From Rhodospirillales bacterium (GTDB lineage: Bacteria; Pseudomonadota; Alphaproteobacteria; Bin95), in contig JAYQLI010000044.1 of the NCBI GenBank assembly GCA_038143065.1, positions 1 to 58,087 of the forward strand: a stretch of DNA of 58,087 bases, given 5' to 3'. Shown piece after piece: positions 1-9,501 of this stretch. The stretch's first letter is position 1; each line of letters opens with the position of its first letter. The notes below the pieces were generated by a model. The model worked only from the letters and a program-made list of their open reading frames with translations. It was not told the origin of the DNA and did no database searches. A program made the translations under genes and the position numbers.

Positions 1-504
1 CCCAAGCGCTCCGCCGAGCTGGGATGCTGCGATCAGCAGTGCGGCCGCCGCTGTGAAGCCAACAATCACTGAATGCGAAATGAATGAGATCAACCCGCCA
101 AACCGCGCGAGGCCTGCGCCCAGTTGCAGGACGCCCACAAGAAACGTCATGGTGAGCGCGAGCGAGATATAAGCTGCCGAGCCCGGAGCGACGACGTTCG
201 ACAGAGAGGCAAATAGGATGGCAGATATTGCGGTCGTCGGTCCCGAGACCATAATGGCCGAAGACCCCCACCAGGCCGCAATGATAGCCGTGACCATCGC
301 TGTGTAGAGTCCGTATTCCGGCGGCAGCCCGGCAATGATGGCGAAGGCAACGCCCTGAGGTAGGACAATGGCCGCGTTTGTTAGCCCGGCGAGTGCGTCT
401 TTTTTCAAGTTTTTCGATGAGATGTTGGCGACCCAAGGCCGGACGGGTGACAGCATAGCTAGACGCGGCTGCCGGTGAAATGACGGCTGTTGTACGGAGG
501 ACAT
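1..504 (-). CDS. sulP: SulP/SLC26 family sulfate/anion permease, N-terminal part (runs off the window)
   Basis: Manual translation of the minus strand (not in the ORF track): DALAGLTNAAIVLPQGVAFAIIAGLPPEYGLYTAMVTAIIAAWWGSSAIMVSGPTTAIS, the SulP signature. Start at ATG 504 or in-frame ATG 456. Confidence 0.9.
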   Translation of the reverse strand, partial: MSSVQQPSFHRQPRLAMLSPVRPWVANISSKNLKKDALAGLTNAAIVLPQGVAFAIIAGLPPEYGLYTAMVTAIIAAWWGSSAIMVSGPTTAISAILFASLSNVVAPGSAAYISLALTMTFLVGVLQLGAGLARFGGLISFISHSVIVGFTAAAALLIAASQLGGALG

Positions 505-572
505 CACGACTCAGACTTTTTGCTTAGGACATGCGGACTATTATCAGCTGCGCGATGAATAGGCAATAATAA

Positions 573-588
573 TGTTGACTATGCATCA
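573..588. promoter_or_regulatory. Putative MarR-family operator in the divergent sulP/hppD promoter region
   Basis: TGTTGACTATGCATCA, an imperfect palindrome matching TGTTGCACACGCAACA in front of the marR gene (9406-9421). Confidence 0.5.
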
Positions 589-707
589 TTAATGCGACTA
601 AAATTGATGTATGGTCAGAATCAATTCCGACCACCCGCGGGCCGGGGATCGCGAAAATCGCGTGGATGGGCACGAAAGCCGCGCGCCATATAGAAGGAGG
701 ACCTATT

Positions 708-1814
708 ATGGGACCTTTTCCGCATGATGCGCCGAAAGCAAAAATTGACGAGTTGAATATCGCCGGGACCGACGGCTTTGAGTTCGTCGAATTTGCCCAC
801 CCCGAGGCCGGCGTTCTCGAAGACCTCTTCACCAAGATGGGCTATGTCGAGGTCGCCAAGCACAAAAGCAAAGACATCTCGCTTTATCGCCAAGGCAACG
901 TGAACTACATCATCAACCGCGACCCCGATGGGCATGCCGCGCAGTTCGTCAAGGACCACGGCCCCTGCGCCCCCGCAATGGCGTGGCGCGTAGTGGATGC
1001 GCAGCACGCTCTGAAATGCGCGCTTGATTACGGTGCCGAGGAATATACTGGTCCCGGCAAATCCATCGACGTGCCTGCAGCTGTGGGCATTGGTGGTTCG
1101 CTGCTGTATTTCATCGAGAACTATGACGACGGTAAGAACCCCTACGATGCCGATTTCGAGTGGCTGGGTGAAGCCGATCCCAAGCCTGAAGGCGCGGGCT
1201 TCTATTATATCGACCACCTGACCCACAACGTTATGCAGGGGAACATGGACACGTGGTATCGCTTCTACGCAACTGCGTTCAACTTCCGCGAAATCAAGTT
1301 CTTCGACATCAAGGGCAAGATCACCGGGCTGACCAGCCGCGCGCTGACATCGCCCTGCGGCAAGATCCGCATTCCGATCAACGAAAGCTCGGACGATCAA
1401 AGCCAGATTGAGGAATACCTCAAGGAATACAAAGGCGAAGGTATTCAGCACATCGCCGTTGCTTCAGAGGACATCTATGCCTCGACCGATATCATCGGTG
1501 ATGCGGGCATCGACTTTATGCCGCCGCCTCCGGCGATTTACTACGACAAGTCTTTCGACCGTGTGAAAGGCCACGATGAGCCGCTCGACCGGATGAAAAA
1601 GCATGGTATCCTGATTGACGGCGAGGGTGTCGTGAAGGGCGGTATGACCCGCATCCTTTTACAGATCTTCTCGAAAACCGTGATCGGGCCGATCTTCTTC
1701 GAGTTCATCCAGCGCAAGGGTGACGATGGCTTTGGCGAGGGCAATTTCAAGGCGCTGTTTGAATCGATCGAAGAAGACCAGATTCAGCGCGGCGTTTTGA
1801 AAGCGGAGGCGTAA
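708..1814 (+). CDS. hppD: 4-hydroxyphenylpyruvate dioxygenase
   Basis: GTDGFEFVEF, IDHLTHNV, GIQHIA, FFEFIQRKGDDGFGEGNFKALF motifs. AAGGAGG RBS before ATG 708. Confidence 0.97.
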   Translation: MGPFPHDAPKAKIDELNIAGTDGFEFVEFAHPEAGVLEDLFTKMGYVEVAKHKSKDISLYRQGNVNYIINRDPDGHAAQFVKDHGPCAPAMAWRVVDAQHALKCALDYGAEEYTGPGKSIDVPAAVGIGGSLLYFIENYDDGKNPYDADFEWLGEADPKPEGAGFYYIDHLTHNVMQGNMDTWYRFYATAFNFREIKFFDIKGKITGLTSRALTSPCGKIRIPINESSDDQSQIEEYLKEYKGEGIQHIAVASEDIYASTDIIGDAGIDFMPPPPAIYYDKSFDRVKGHDEPLDRMKKHGILIDGEGVVKGGMTRILLQIFSKTVIGPIFFEFIQRKGDDGFGEGNFKALFESIEEDQIQRGVLKAEA

Positions 1815-1817
1815 GTC

Positions 1818-3188
1818 ATGAACGCTCCGACACCTGATTTCGTCGTGGCCAAGAGCCGCGCGAAGTACAACGAAGGCTACATGCCCGGCTTCGGCAATGA
1901 CTTTGAAACCGAGGCCGTCGAAGGCGCGCTGCCCATCGGTCAAAATAGCCCACAGCGCTGCCCCTATGGTCTTTATGCCGAGCAGCTTTCGGGTTCGCCC
2001 TTCACCGCGCCGCGCATCTCGAACGAGCGGTCTTGGCTTTATCGCATGCGTCCCACGGTCCAGCATATCTCTGACATGGTCCGGTTCGATCTGCCGCATT
2101 TTCGCTCTGCTCCTACGGTTGACGAAAGTGGCCTGCCGCTGGCACCGATGCGGTGGGACCCGGCGCCGATCCCGGAGGACGCGGGCACCTGGCTGGAAGG
2201 TATGCGCACCATCTTCACCGGCGGCGATGTGCTGACCCAGGTCGGCTATGCGATCCACACCTATGCGGTGACGGAAAGCATGGAAACCGAGGTGTTCTAC
2301 AACGCCGATGGCGAGATGTTGATCGTGCCCGAGGTGGGCGCGCTACGCTTCTTCACCGAGTTTGGGATCATCGACGTCGCCCCCGGCGAAATCGTCTGCA
2401 TCCCGCGCGGTGTGAAGTACAAGGTCCTGCTGAACGGTGACCATAAGGCACGCGGCTATATCTGCGAGAACTATGGCGCTGTCTTCACCGTACCCGAGCG
2501 CGGCCCCATCGGTGCCAACTGCATGGCGAACCCACGCGACTTCCTGTCGCCCGTGGCCGCGTTTGAGCAGAAGGAAGGGGTCAAGCACCGGGTTGTGACC
2601 AAGTGGTGCGGCCAGTTCCATGCCTGCGAGATCGACCACTCGCCGCTGGACGTGGTGGCCTGGCACGGCAATTACGCGCCCTACAAGTACAACCTGAGGC
2701 ACTACTCGCCCGTCGGCCCGATCCGCAACGACCACGCGGACCCGTCGATCTTTACCGTGCTGACCGCGCCTTCGGGCGAACCGGGCACAGCTAACATCGA
2801 CTTTGTGATCTTCCCACCGCGCTGGCTGGTGGCCGAGGACAGCTTTCGCCCGCCCTGGTATCACATGAACATCATGTCGGAGTTCATGGGGCTGATCGAA
2901 GGGGTCTATGACGCCAAGCCCGAGGGCTTCGTGCCCGGCGGTATGTCATGCCACAACATGATGCTGCCCCATGGGCCGGATGCGGATGCGTTCTATGCGG
3001 CGTCCTTGAAGGACCTCGAACCCGAAAAGCTGGACAACACCATCGCCTTCATGTTCGAGACCCGCTTCCCGCAGCAGCTGACCAAATACGCGGCCGGACT
3101 TGATACGCTGCAGGTCAAATACCCGGATGTCTGGAAGCCTCTGCGCAACCATTTCGATCCGAACCGGCTGGTCTGGAACGGCGAATAA
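1818..3188 (+). CDS. hmgA: Homogentisate 1,2-dioxygenase
   Basis: [50 protein letters not shown] motifs. Confidence 0.97.
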   Translation: MNAPTPDFVVAKSRAKYNEGYMPGFGNDFETEAVEGALPIGQNSPQRCPYGLYAEQLSGSPFTAPRISNERSWLYRMRPTVQHISDMVRFDLPHFRSAPTVDESGLPLAPMRWDPAPIPEDAGTWLEGMRTIFTGGDVLTQVGYAIHTYAVTESMETEVFYNADGEMLIVPEVGALRFFTEFGIIDVAPGEIVCIPRGVKYKVLLNGDHKARGYICENYGAVFTVPERGPIGANCMANPRDFLSPVAAFEQKEGVKHRVVTKWCGQFHACEIDHSPLDVVAWHGNYAPYKYNLRHYSPVGPIRNDHADPSIFTVLTAPSGEPGTANIDFVIFPPRWLVAEDSFRPPWYHMNIMSEFMGLIEGVYDAKPEGFVPGGMSCHNMMLPHGPDADAFYAASLKDLEPEKLDNTIAFMFETRFPQQLTKYAAGLDTLQVKYPDVWKPLRNHFDPNRLVWNGE

Positions 3189-3250
3189 TCTCACATTCAG
3201 GGGCGATCGACTGGGTCGCCCCACATGAAAGACTTGAAGGGAGGCTGACC

Positions 3251-4519
3251 ATGGCTGGTCTGAACGAAACCCATAACCCTGCGCGCCGCTCATGGGTTGA
3301 ATCGGCAAACGCGGCGGGCACAGATTTCCCGATCCAGAACCTGCCTTATGGCGTTTTCTCGGTGGATGGCGGGGCGCACCGCGTTGGTGTGGCCATCGGT
3401 GATCAGATCCTCGACCTGACCCAGTTGGAAGCGGATGGCATCCTGACCCCAGGCGGGGACGCGAAGGTGTTCGACCAAGGTGTGCTCAACCCACTGATGG
3501 CGTTGCCGCAGCCTGTCTGGTCCGAGACCCGCGCCAAGATTGGGGAACTCTTAGATGCGGAAGGCGGCGATCGATCGCTCCCGCTGGTCGCCCAGTCAGG
3601 CGCCGACCTTCATTTACCGATTTTTGTACGGTCCTTCACCGACTTCTACGCGTCCAAAGAGCACGCGACCAATGTGGGCTGCATGTTCCGCGACCCGGAT
3701 AACGCGCTGATGCCGAACTGGCTGCATATCCCGATCGGGTATAACGGGCGCGCCTCGACCGTGGTGGCCTCCGGCACGCCGATCACCAGGCCCAATGGGC
3801 AGCTGAAAGCGCCCTCTGATGAGGCGCCGCACTTTGGCCCGTGTCAGAAACTGGACATCGAGCTGGAGCTGGGCGCCATTGTCGGTACGCCAAACCCGAT
3901 GGGTGCGCCGGTGACTGCGGCGGAGGCTTATGACAACATCTTCGGCTACGTGCTGATGAACGACTGGTCCGCCCGCGACATTCAGGTCTGGGAGTACCAG
4001 CCGCTGGGGCCGTTTCAGTCCAAGGGCTTCGGCACTTCGATCAGCCCTTGGGTTGTATCCCGTGAAGCGCTTGAGCCATTCCGCGTAGACGCGCCCGAGC
4101 GGGTGAAGCCACTCTTGCCTTATCTGCAAGAGGACACGCCCAACAACTTTGACATCGTGATGCAGGTGACGCTGGCCCCCAAGAGCGGCACGCCAAGCGT
4201 GATCAGCACGACGAACTACAAGTACATGTACTACTCCTCGGCCCTGCAACTGGTGCATCATGCCTCGTCAGGGTGCGCGATGGAAACCGGCGATGTGCTG
4301 GGTTCAGGCACCATCTCGGGGCCGACGCAGGACAGCTATGGCTCTATGCTAGAGCTGACCTGGAATGGCCGTGACGCGCTTACCGTCGATGGCGGGACGC
4401 GCACCTTCCTGGAGGATGGCGACAGCATCAACATCACCGGGCATTGCGACGGCGATTATCGCATCGGTTTTGGAAACTGCGAAGGCACGATCCTCCCCGC
4501 GCCGGAATTTGGTGGCTGA
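3251..4519 (+). CDS. fahA: Fumarylacetoacetase
   Basis: DFPIQNLPYG, PIGYNGRAS, LDIELE, NDWSARDIQ.WEY.PLGPF, GSGTISG motifs. GGAGG RBS. Confidence 0.97.
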   Translation: MAGLNETHNPARRSWVESANAAGTDFPIQNLPYGVFSVDGGAHRVGVAIGDQILDLTQLEADGILTPGGDAKVFDQGVLNPLMALPQPVWSETRAKIGELLDAEGGDRSLPLVAQSGADLHLPIFVRSFTDFYASKEHATNVGCMFRDPDNALMPNWLHIPIGYNGRASTVVASGTPITRPNGQLKAPSDEAPHFGPCQKLDIELELGAIVGTPNPMGAPVTAAEAYDNIFGYVLMNDWSARDIQVWEYQPLGPFQSKGFGTSISPWVVSREALEPFRVDAPERVKPLLPYLQEDTPNNFDIVMQVTLAPKSGTPSVISTTNYKYMYYSSALQLVHHASSGCAMETGDVLGSGTISGPTQDSYGSMLELTWNGRDALTVDGGTRTFLEDGDSINITGHCDGDYRIGFGNCEGTILPAPEFGG

Positions 4520-4520
4520 G

Positions 4521-4880
4521 ATGTCGGACGCCTGGAAATCCTACCGGGGTGCCCCGGAAGACGGGGCAGAGGTTTGCGCCGTCACGGACATCCCGGACGA
4601 CAATACGTTGTGCCTTGAACTGGACGGATTTCCATTGCTGCTGGTGCGACGGGGGGATGACGTAAGAGCTTACGTCAATGCCTGCCCGCATCAATACATG
4701 CCGCTGAACTATCAGGGCGATAAGTTGATCTCGGCAGACAAGACGGTGCTGCGCTGCACGATGCACGGCGCCGGATTTTCGGTTGAATCGGGCGAAGGCG
4801 TAGAGGGCTTGGGGATTGGCACCTGCCTTGATCCAGTGCCTGTCGCCATTGCCGACGGCACGGTGCGGGTCGGGGGATAA
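4521..4880 (+). CDS. Rieske [2Fe-2S] ferredoxin-type protein
   Basis: CPH...CTMH Rieske ligands. ATG 4521 directly after the fahA stop. Confidence 0.88.
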   Translation: MSDAWKSYRGAPEDGAEVCAVTDIPDDNTLCLELDGFPLLLVRRGDDVRAYVNACPHQYMPLNYQGDKLISADKTVLRCTMHGAGFSVESGEGVEGLGIGTCLDPVPVAIADGTVRVGG

Positions 4881-4907
4881 CGCGAAGACGATCAAAGGAA
4901 CTCTTTA

Positions 4908-5549
4908 GTGGCACAGATCATCTTTCATGACAGTCTTTTGTCTTCTGCCGCGTGGCGGGTGCGTGCCGCATTGCAGTTTAATGGCATCGCGCATCAGGTT
5001 CGGATGCATAACATCATGGGGCACGGGCATCGCACCCCGGCCTACATGGGTCTGAACCCGCAAGGCACGGTGCCCGTGCTTGAGGTGGATGGCTTGGTTA
5101 TCCCGCAATCGCTCGCGATCATCGAATACCTCGAAGAAACGCTTCCCGAACAGCGCCTGTTGCCGACTGATCCAGCCGCGCGTGCCCGGGTGCGCATTCT
5201 GTCCCACATCATCGCCATGGAGACCCATGCGGTCACCAACCGCGACGTGGCAAGCGATGCCTCGAGCGGGGGCGACATGACCGACTGGATGCAGCGCTAT
5301 ATCGCGCGCGGGTTCGACGCGTTCGAGGGCCATTTGGATCATCCAGAGACCGGCACGTTCTGTCACGGTGACACGCTCACGATGGCCGATTGCTGTCTGA
5401 TCCCTCAGGCGCGCAATGCCGAAAAAACGGGCGTCGATCTGGGGCGCTGGCCGCAGATTGCCGCGATTTATGCCCGCGCCTTGGAGCATCCCGCATTTGC
5501 AGAAACGCATCCCGACCGTTTGGCGGGCGTAGCGGACAAAAAAGGATAA
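4908..5549 (+). CDS. maiA: GST zeta-class maleylacetoacetate isomerase-like protein (divergent copy)
   Basis: SSAAWRVR, NPQGTVPVL, QSLAIIEYL, TMADCCLIPQ, HPD motifs. Confidence 0.8.
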   Translation: MAQIIFHDSLLSSAAWRVRAALQFNGIAHQVRMHNIMGHGHRTPAYMGLNPQGTVPVLEVDGLVIPQSLAIIEYLEETLPEQRLLPTDPAARARVRILSHIIAMETHAVTNRDVASDASSGGDMTDWMQRYIARGFDAFEGHLDHPETGTFCHGDTLTMADCCLIPQARNAEKTGVDLGRWPQIAAIYARALEHPAFAETHPDRLAGVADKKG

Positions 5550-5553
5550 AGAC

Positions 5554-6342
5554 ATGACCGATTTGAACGGCAAAACCGCCCTCATCACCGGCTCGACCAG
5601 CGGGATCGGCCTTGCCATTGCTGAGGCCATGGCCGGGGCCGGGGCCAATATCGTGTTGAACGGCTTCGGCGATGCGGACGCGATAGAGGCCACCCGCGCC
5701 TGGCTTGCCGCCACTTATGGCGTCACCGTGGCCTATGACGGCGCGGATATGACCAAGCCCGACCAGATCGCCGCCATGATCGCCAAGGCCGAGGCCGATT
5801 TCGGATCGCTTGACATCCTGGTGAACAACGCAGGCATCCAGCATGTCGCGCCGGTCGAGGACTTCCCGCTGGAGAAATGGGACGCCATCATCGCGATCAA
5901 TATGAACTCTGCCTTTCACACCTCGCGCGCGGCTCTTCCGGGCATGAAGGTACGGGGCTTCGGGCGGATTATCAACGTGGCTTCGGCCCATGGGTTGATC
6001 GCCTCGCCCTACAAGGCGGCCTATGTCACGGCCAAGCATGGCGTTGTTGGCATGACCAAAACCATCGCTCTGGAGACGGCACAGAACGGCATCACCTGCA
6101 ACGCGATCTGCCCGGGCTACGTGAAAACGCCCCTGGTCGAGGCGCAGATCCCCAACACCGCCAAAGCGCGCGGCATCACCGAAGAGGAAGTGGTGCGGGA
6201 CGTCATGCTGGCTGGGCAGCCCACGAAGAAATTCGTTGGCCTTGACGAGGTAGGGGCCTTCGCGGTCTTCCTCGCTTCAAACGCAGGCGCGTCGATCACT
6301 GGTGCGGCCCTGCCGATCGACGGAGGCTGGACCGCACAATGA
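5554..6342 (+). CDS. bdhA: D-3-hydroxybutyrate dehydrogenase (SDR)
   Basis: TGSTSGIG, NNAGIQHVAP, SAHGL, YVTAKHG, ICPGYV.TPLV, DGGWTAQ. Confidence 0.93.
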   Translation: MTDLNGKTALITGSTSGIGLAIAEAMAGAGANIVLNGFGDADAIEATRAWLAATYGVTVAYDGADMTKPDQIAAMIAKAEADFGSLDILVNNAGIQHVAPVEDFPLEKWDAIIAINMNSAFHTSRAALPGMKVRGFGRIINVASAHGLIASPYKAAYVTAKHGVVGMTKTIALETAQNGITCNAICPGYVKTPLVEAQIPNTAKARGITEEEVVRDVMLAGQPTKKFVGLDEVGAFAVFLASNAGASITGAALPIDGGWTAQ

Positions 6343-6986
6343 CAGTTCCATTACTTTATGACTACTGGCGGTCTTCGGCTAGCTACCGCGTGCGTATCGC
6401 GCTCAACCTTCTGGGCGAGGTGTACGAAGCCCTTCCGGTCAACCTGCTGACCGCCACGCATCGCGATGCGGACTATCTGGCCCTGAACCCGCAAGGCATC
6501 TTGCCGACGCTGGTTATCGACGGGCAGACCTTGACGCAATCGCTGGCGATTATCGAATATCTGCACAGCACGCGGGACGGCTCCAGCCTGATCCCCGACA
6601 GCCCGCTGGAACAGGCCCGCGTGCGGCAATTGTCCTATGCGGTGGCGATGGAAATCCACCCAGTGTGCAATCTGGGTGTGGCAAAGCATGTGGGCGCGCT
6701 GACCCATGGCGGCGACGCAGAGCGCGTCGCCTGGATGCGGCACTTTATCGGCAAGGGGCTGGATGGCCTTGAGGGATTGTTGGCGCAAGGCGGAGCGGGA
6801 CTGTTCTGCCACGGCGATACGCCGACCATGGCCGATTGCTGTTTGATACCGCAGCTCTACAATGCGGATCGCTGGGGTGTTGACTATTCCGGTCATACAC
6901 ATATCAGCCGGATTGCAAAGCAAGCCGCAAAGCACCCGGCATTCCAGGCTGCCCATCCCGATGCTATCGGCCCACCAGAGGCGTAA
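6339..6986 (+). CDS. maiA: Maleylacetoacetate isomerase (GST zeta)
   Basis: Canonical LYDYWRSSASYRVRIAL N-terminus, EIHPVCN, ADCCLIPQLYNA. Confidence 0.92.
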   Translation: MTVPLLYDYWRSSASYRVRIALNLLGEVYEALPVNLLTATHRDADYLALNPQGILPTLVIDGQTLTQSLAIIEYLHSTRDGSSLIPDSPLEQARVRQLSYAVAMEIHPVCNLGVAKHVGALTHGGDAERVAWMRHFIGKGLDGLEGLLAQGGAGLFCHGDTPTMADCCLIPQLYNADRWGVDYSGHTHISRIAKQAAKHPAFQAAHPDAIGPPEA

Positions 6987-6989
6987 TCC

Positions 6990-8923
6990 ATGCCGAACAA
7001 GACCTCTCTCCAGAAGCGGCTGCCGCGTTGATCCATGACGGCGATACGGTCACGACCTCGGGCTTTGTGGGTATCGGTGTGCCAGAGACCCTGCTGCGGG
7101 CTGTATCGGACCGATTCCAAGACACAGGCGCACCGCGCGACCTGTCCTTGTTCTTTGCAGCGGGGCAGGGGGACGGTAAGGATCGCGGTCTCAACCATCT
7201 GGCTCATGACAGGCTCTTGTCGCGCGTCGTCGGCGGTCATTGGGGGCTGATCCCCAAAGTCGCTGCACTGGCCAATGCTGGAGAGATCGACGCCTATAAT
7301 CTGCCGCAGGGCGTCATCAGCCAGATGTTTCGGGATATTGCCGCTGGAAAGCCCGGCACGCTGTCGCGAGTCGGCCTTGAGACATTTGTTGATCCACGCC
7401 AGACCGGTGGCAAGCTGAACCCGCGAACCACGGATGATCTGGTAGAACTGATGCAGATCGGCGGCGAAGAGGTTCTTTTTTACAAAGCAATGCCCATCGA
7501 TGTGGCCCTGCTCCGCGGCACGACGGCGGATACCAAGGGCAACGTGACGATGGAGAATGAGGCGCTGACCATCGACAATCTGGCGCAGGCGATGGCGGCC
7601 AAGAACTCGGGCGGGGTCGTGATTGTACAGGTGGAGAACGTGGTCGAGGCAGGCTCGCTCAGCCCCCGCGATGTGGAGATCCCTGGCGCTTTGGTCGATG
7701 CGGTGGTGATCGCCGAGCCGGACGATCACATGCAGACCTTCAAGACGCCATTCTCACCCGCCTTCACGGGCCGCTACAAAGCGCCCACGGGAAACCGCGC
7801 GGATCTGGACCTGAACGTGCGCAAGATCATCGCGCGGCGTGCCGCATTTGAGCTGCCAGTGAACGGGATCGTCAACCTTGGCATCGGGATGCCCGAAGGC
7901 GTGGCCGCTGTGGCGGCGGAGGAGAAAATCCTTGACAATCTGACACTCACCGCGGAGCCCGGCGTGATCGGCGGGCAGCCCGCCTCGGGGTTGGACTTCG
8001 GGGCGGCTGTGAACACCGACGCGATTATCGCCCAAAACCAGCAGTTTGATTTTTACGATGGCGGGGGCCTTGATATTGCAGTGCTTGGCATGGCCGAGGT
8101 GGGGCGGGACGGGTCAGTCAATGTCTCGAAATTCGGGCCGCGCCTCGCGGGTGCGGGCGGGTTCATCAACATCAGTCAAAATGCGCGCAAGGTTGTGTTC
8201 ACCGGCACCTTCACCTCGGTCGAGTTAGACATCCGGGTGGCCGACGGGGCACTTGATCTGCGAAGCGAAGGTCGCGTTCGAAAGTTCATTGAAAGCGTCG
8301 AGCACACCACCTTCTCGGGCGCGCGCGCCGCGCGACTGGGCCAACCGGTGCTCTATGTAACTGAGCGCTGTGTCTTCCGCTTGACCCCTGACGGCTTGGA
8401 ACTGATCGAGGTGGCGCCCGGCATAGATCTGGACCGGGACATTCTGGATCAGATGGCCTTTCGCCCGATCATTGAAGACGTGCAACCCATGGATCCGCGC
8501 ATCTTCACCGATGATCCGATGGGGTTGGATGTTGATCTGTTGGCGTTGGATTTGGATGTGCGGATCGCACTGGATACGGCGCAAGAACGGCTCTTCATTA
8601 ATCTCGAAAAGCTACGTATTCGCAACATTGGTGATGTCGAACGGATTAACGCGCGGGTCGAGGCGGTCTGCGGCGGGCTGGATCACAAGGTCGATGCCAT
8701 TGTTAACTATGATGGAACGGTGATCTATCCCGAGATTGAAGAGCACTATGCCGCACAGATCCAAACGCTAGAGAAACGGTTCTACCGAACCACGACGCGC
8801 TATTCCGCTTCGGTATTCATGCGCATGAAACTGGGCAAGGTGTTCGCCCGCTCCGAGGCTGCGCATATCTTTGAGTCGCAGCGAGATGCGCAGGCGTTTC
8901 TGGATGGGATATCCGGCGCATAA
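6990..8923 (+). CDS. Acyl-CoA:acetate/3-ketoacid CoA transferase (fused alpha/beta, family I) with C-terminal extension
   Basis: AAGQGD, LPQG, TFVDPR, VNLGIGMPE, catalytic AEPG, GAGGFINISQ, YVTERCVF. The probable start ATG 6990 is one base out of frame with ORF 7028 (restores MPNKTLSPEAAAALIHDG). Confidence 0.9.
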
Positions 8924-8926
8924 GCT

Positions 8927-9394
8927 TTAGGTCCCCAGCACTTCGCCCAGTTTCGACAACCCGCGCCATAAAGCGTCTTCATCTTCCTGGCCAATTTGTT
9001 CTTTTAATTGCTTCTGGCGATCTGCAAATTTTGGTCGGACCTCGTCCAGGATGCGCCGACCTTCGACGGAAAGGTTCACAAGTTTCTTGCGCTTGCTGTT
9101 GGGATCGGCGGAGAAGGTGACGAGGCCCTGCTTCCCAAGGTTTTCCGCCGTGCGGCTTATCTGGGCGCGATCGAGGGCGGTGAACCGGCTGAGATCAGAA
9201 ATCGAAATAGCTCCAAATGTCTCGACGACGTTCATTATCCGGTAGCCCGTCAGGCTGAGCGGCGAGCCCTTGAGCAGCTCAACTGATTGATGATCAAGGA
9301 CTTTGCTCAAGACAGACAGGCGAAACGTCAGTCGGCTTTCAAGATCTTTCACCTTTTCCAACTGGCTCTCTAATGTGGCGGCTGTAAGTTTCAT
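8927..9394 (-). CDS. MarR-family transcriptional regulator
   Basis: wHTH (ISISDLSRFTALDRAQISR...DPNSKRKKLVNLSVEG). AAGGAG RBS upstream of ATG 9394. Confidence 0.9.
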   Translation of the reverse strand: MKLTAATLESQLEKVKDLESRLTFRLSVLSKVLDHQSVELLKGSPLSLTGYRIMNVVETFGAISISDLSRFTALDRAQISRTAENLGKQGLVTFSADPNSKRKKLVNLSVEGRRILDEVRPKFADRQKQLKEQIGQEDEDALWRGLSKLGEVLGT

Positions 9395-9405
9395 CAAGAT
9401 CTCCT

Positions 9406-9421
9406 TGTTGCACACGCAACA
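9406..9421. promoter_or_regulatory. Palindromic operator, probable MarR autoregulatory site
   Basis: TGTTGC-acac-GCAACA inverted repeat abutting the marR RBS, between the divergent marR and sulfatase genes. Confidence 0.6.
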
Positions 9422-9501
9422 TTTTTGTTGCTTTCGTATCGTAATAAACGTAATGTCTGATTAAAGATGCGACGGCAATGAGAATCGTGCAAGGGAATTT
9501 G

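Noticed and set aside
6990-7030. Programmed frameshift at the CoA-transferase start
   Set aside because: A single missing C explains it. No slippery site or stimulatory structure.
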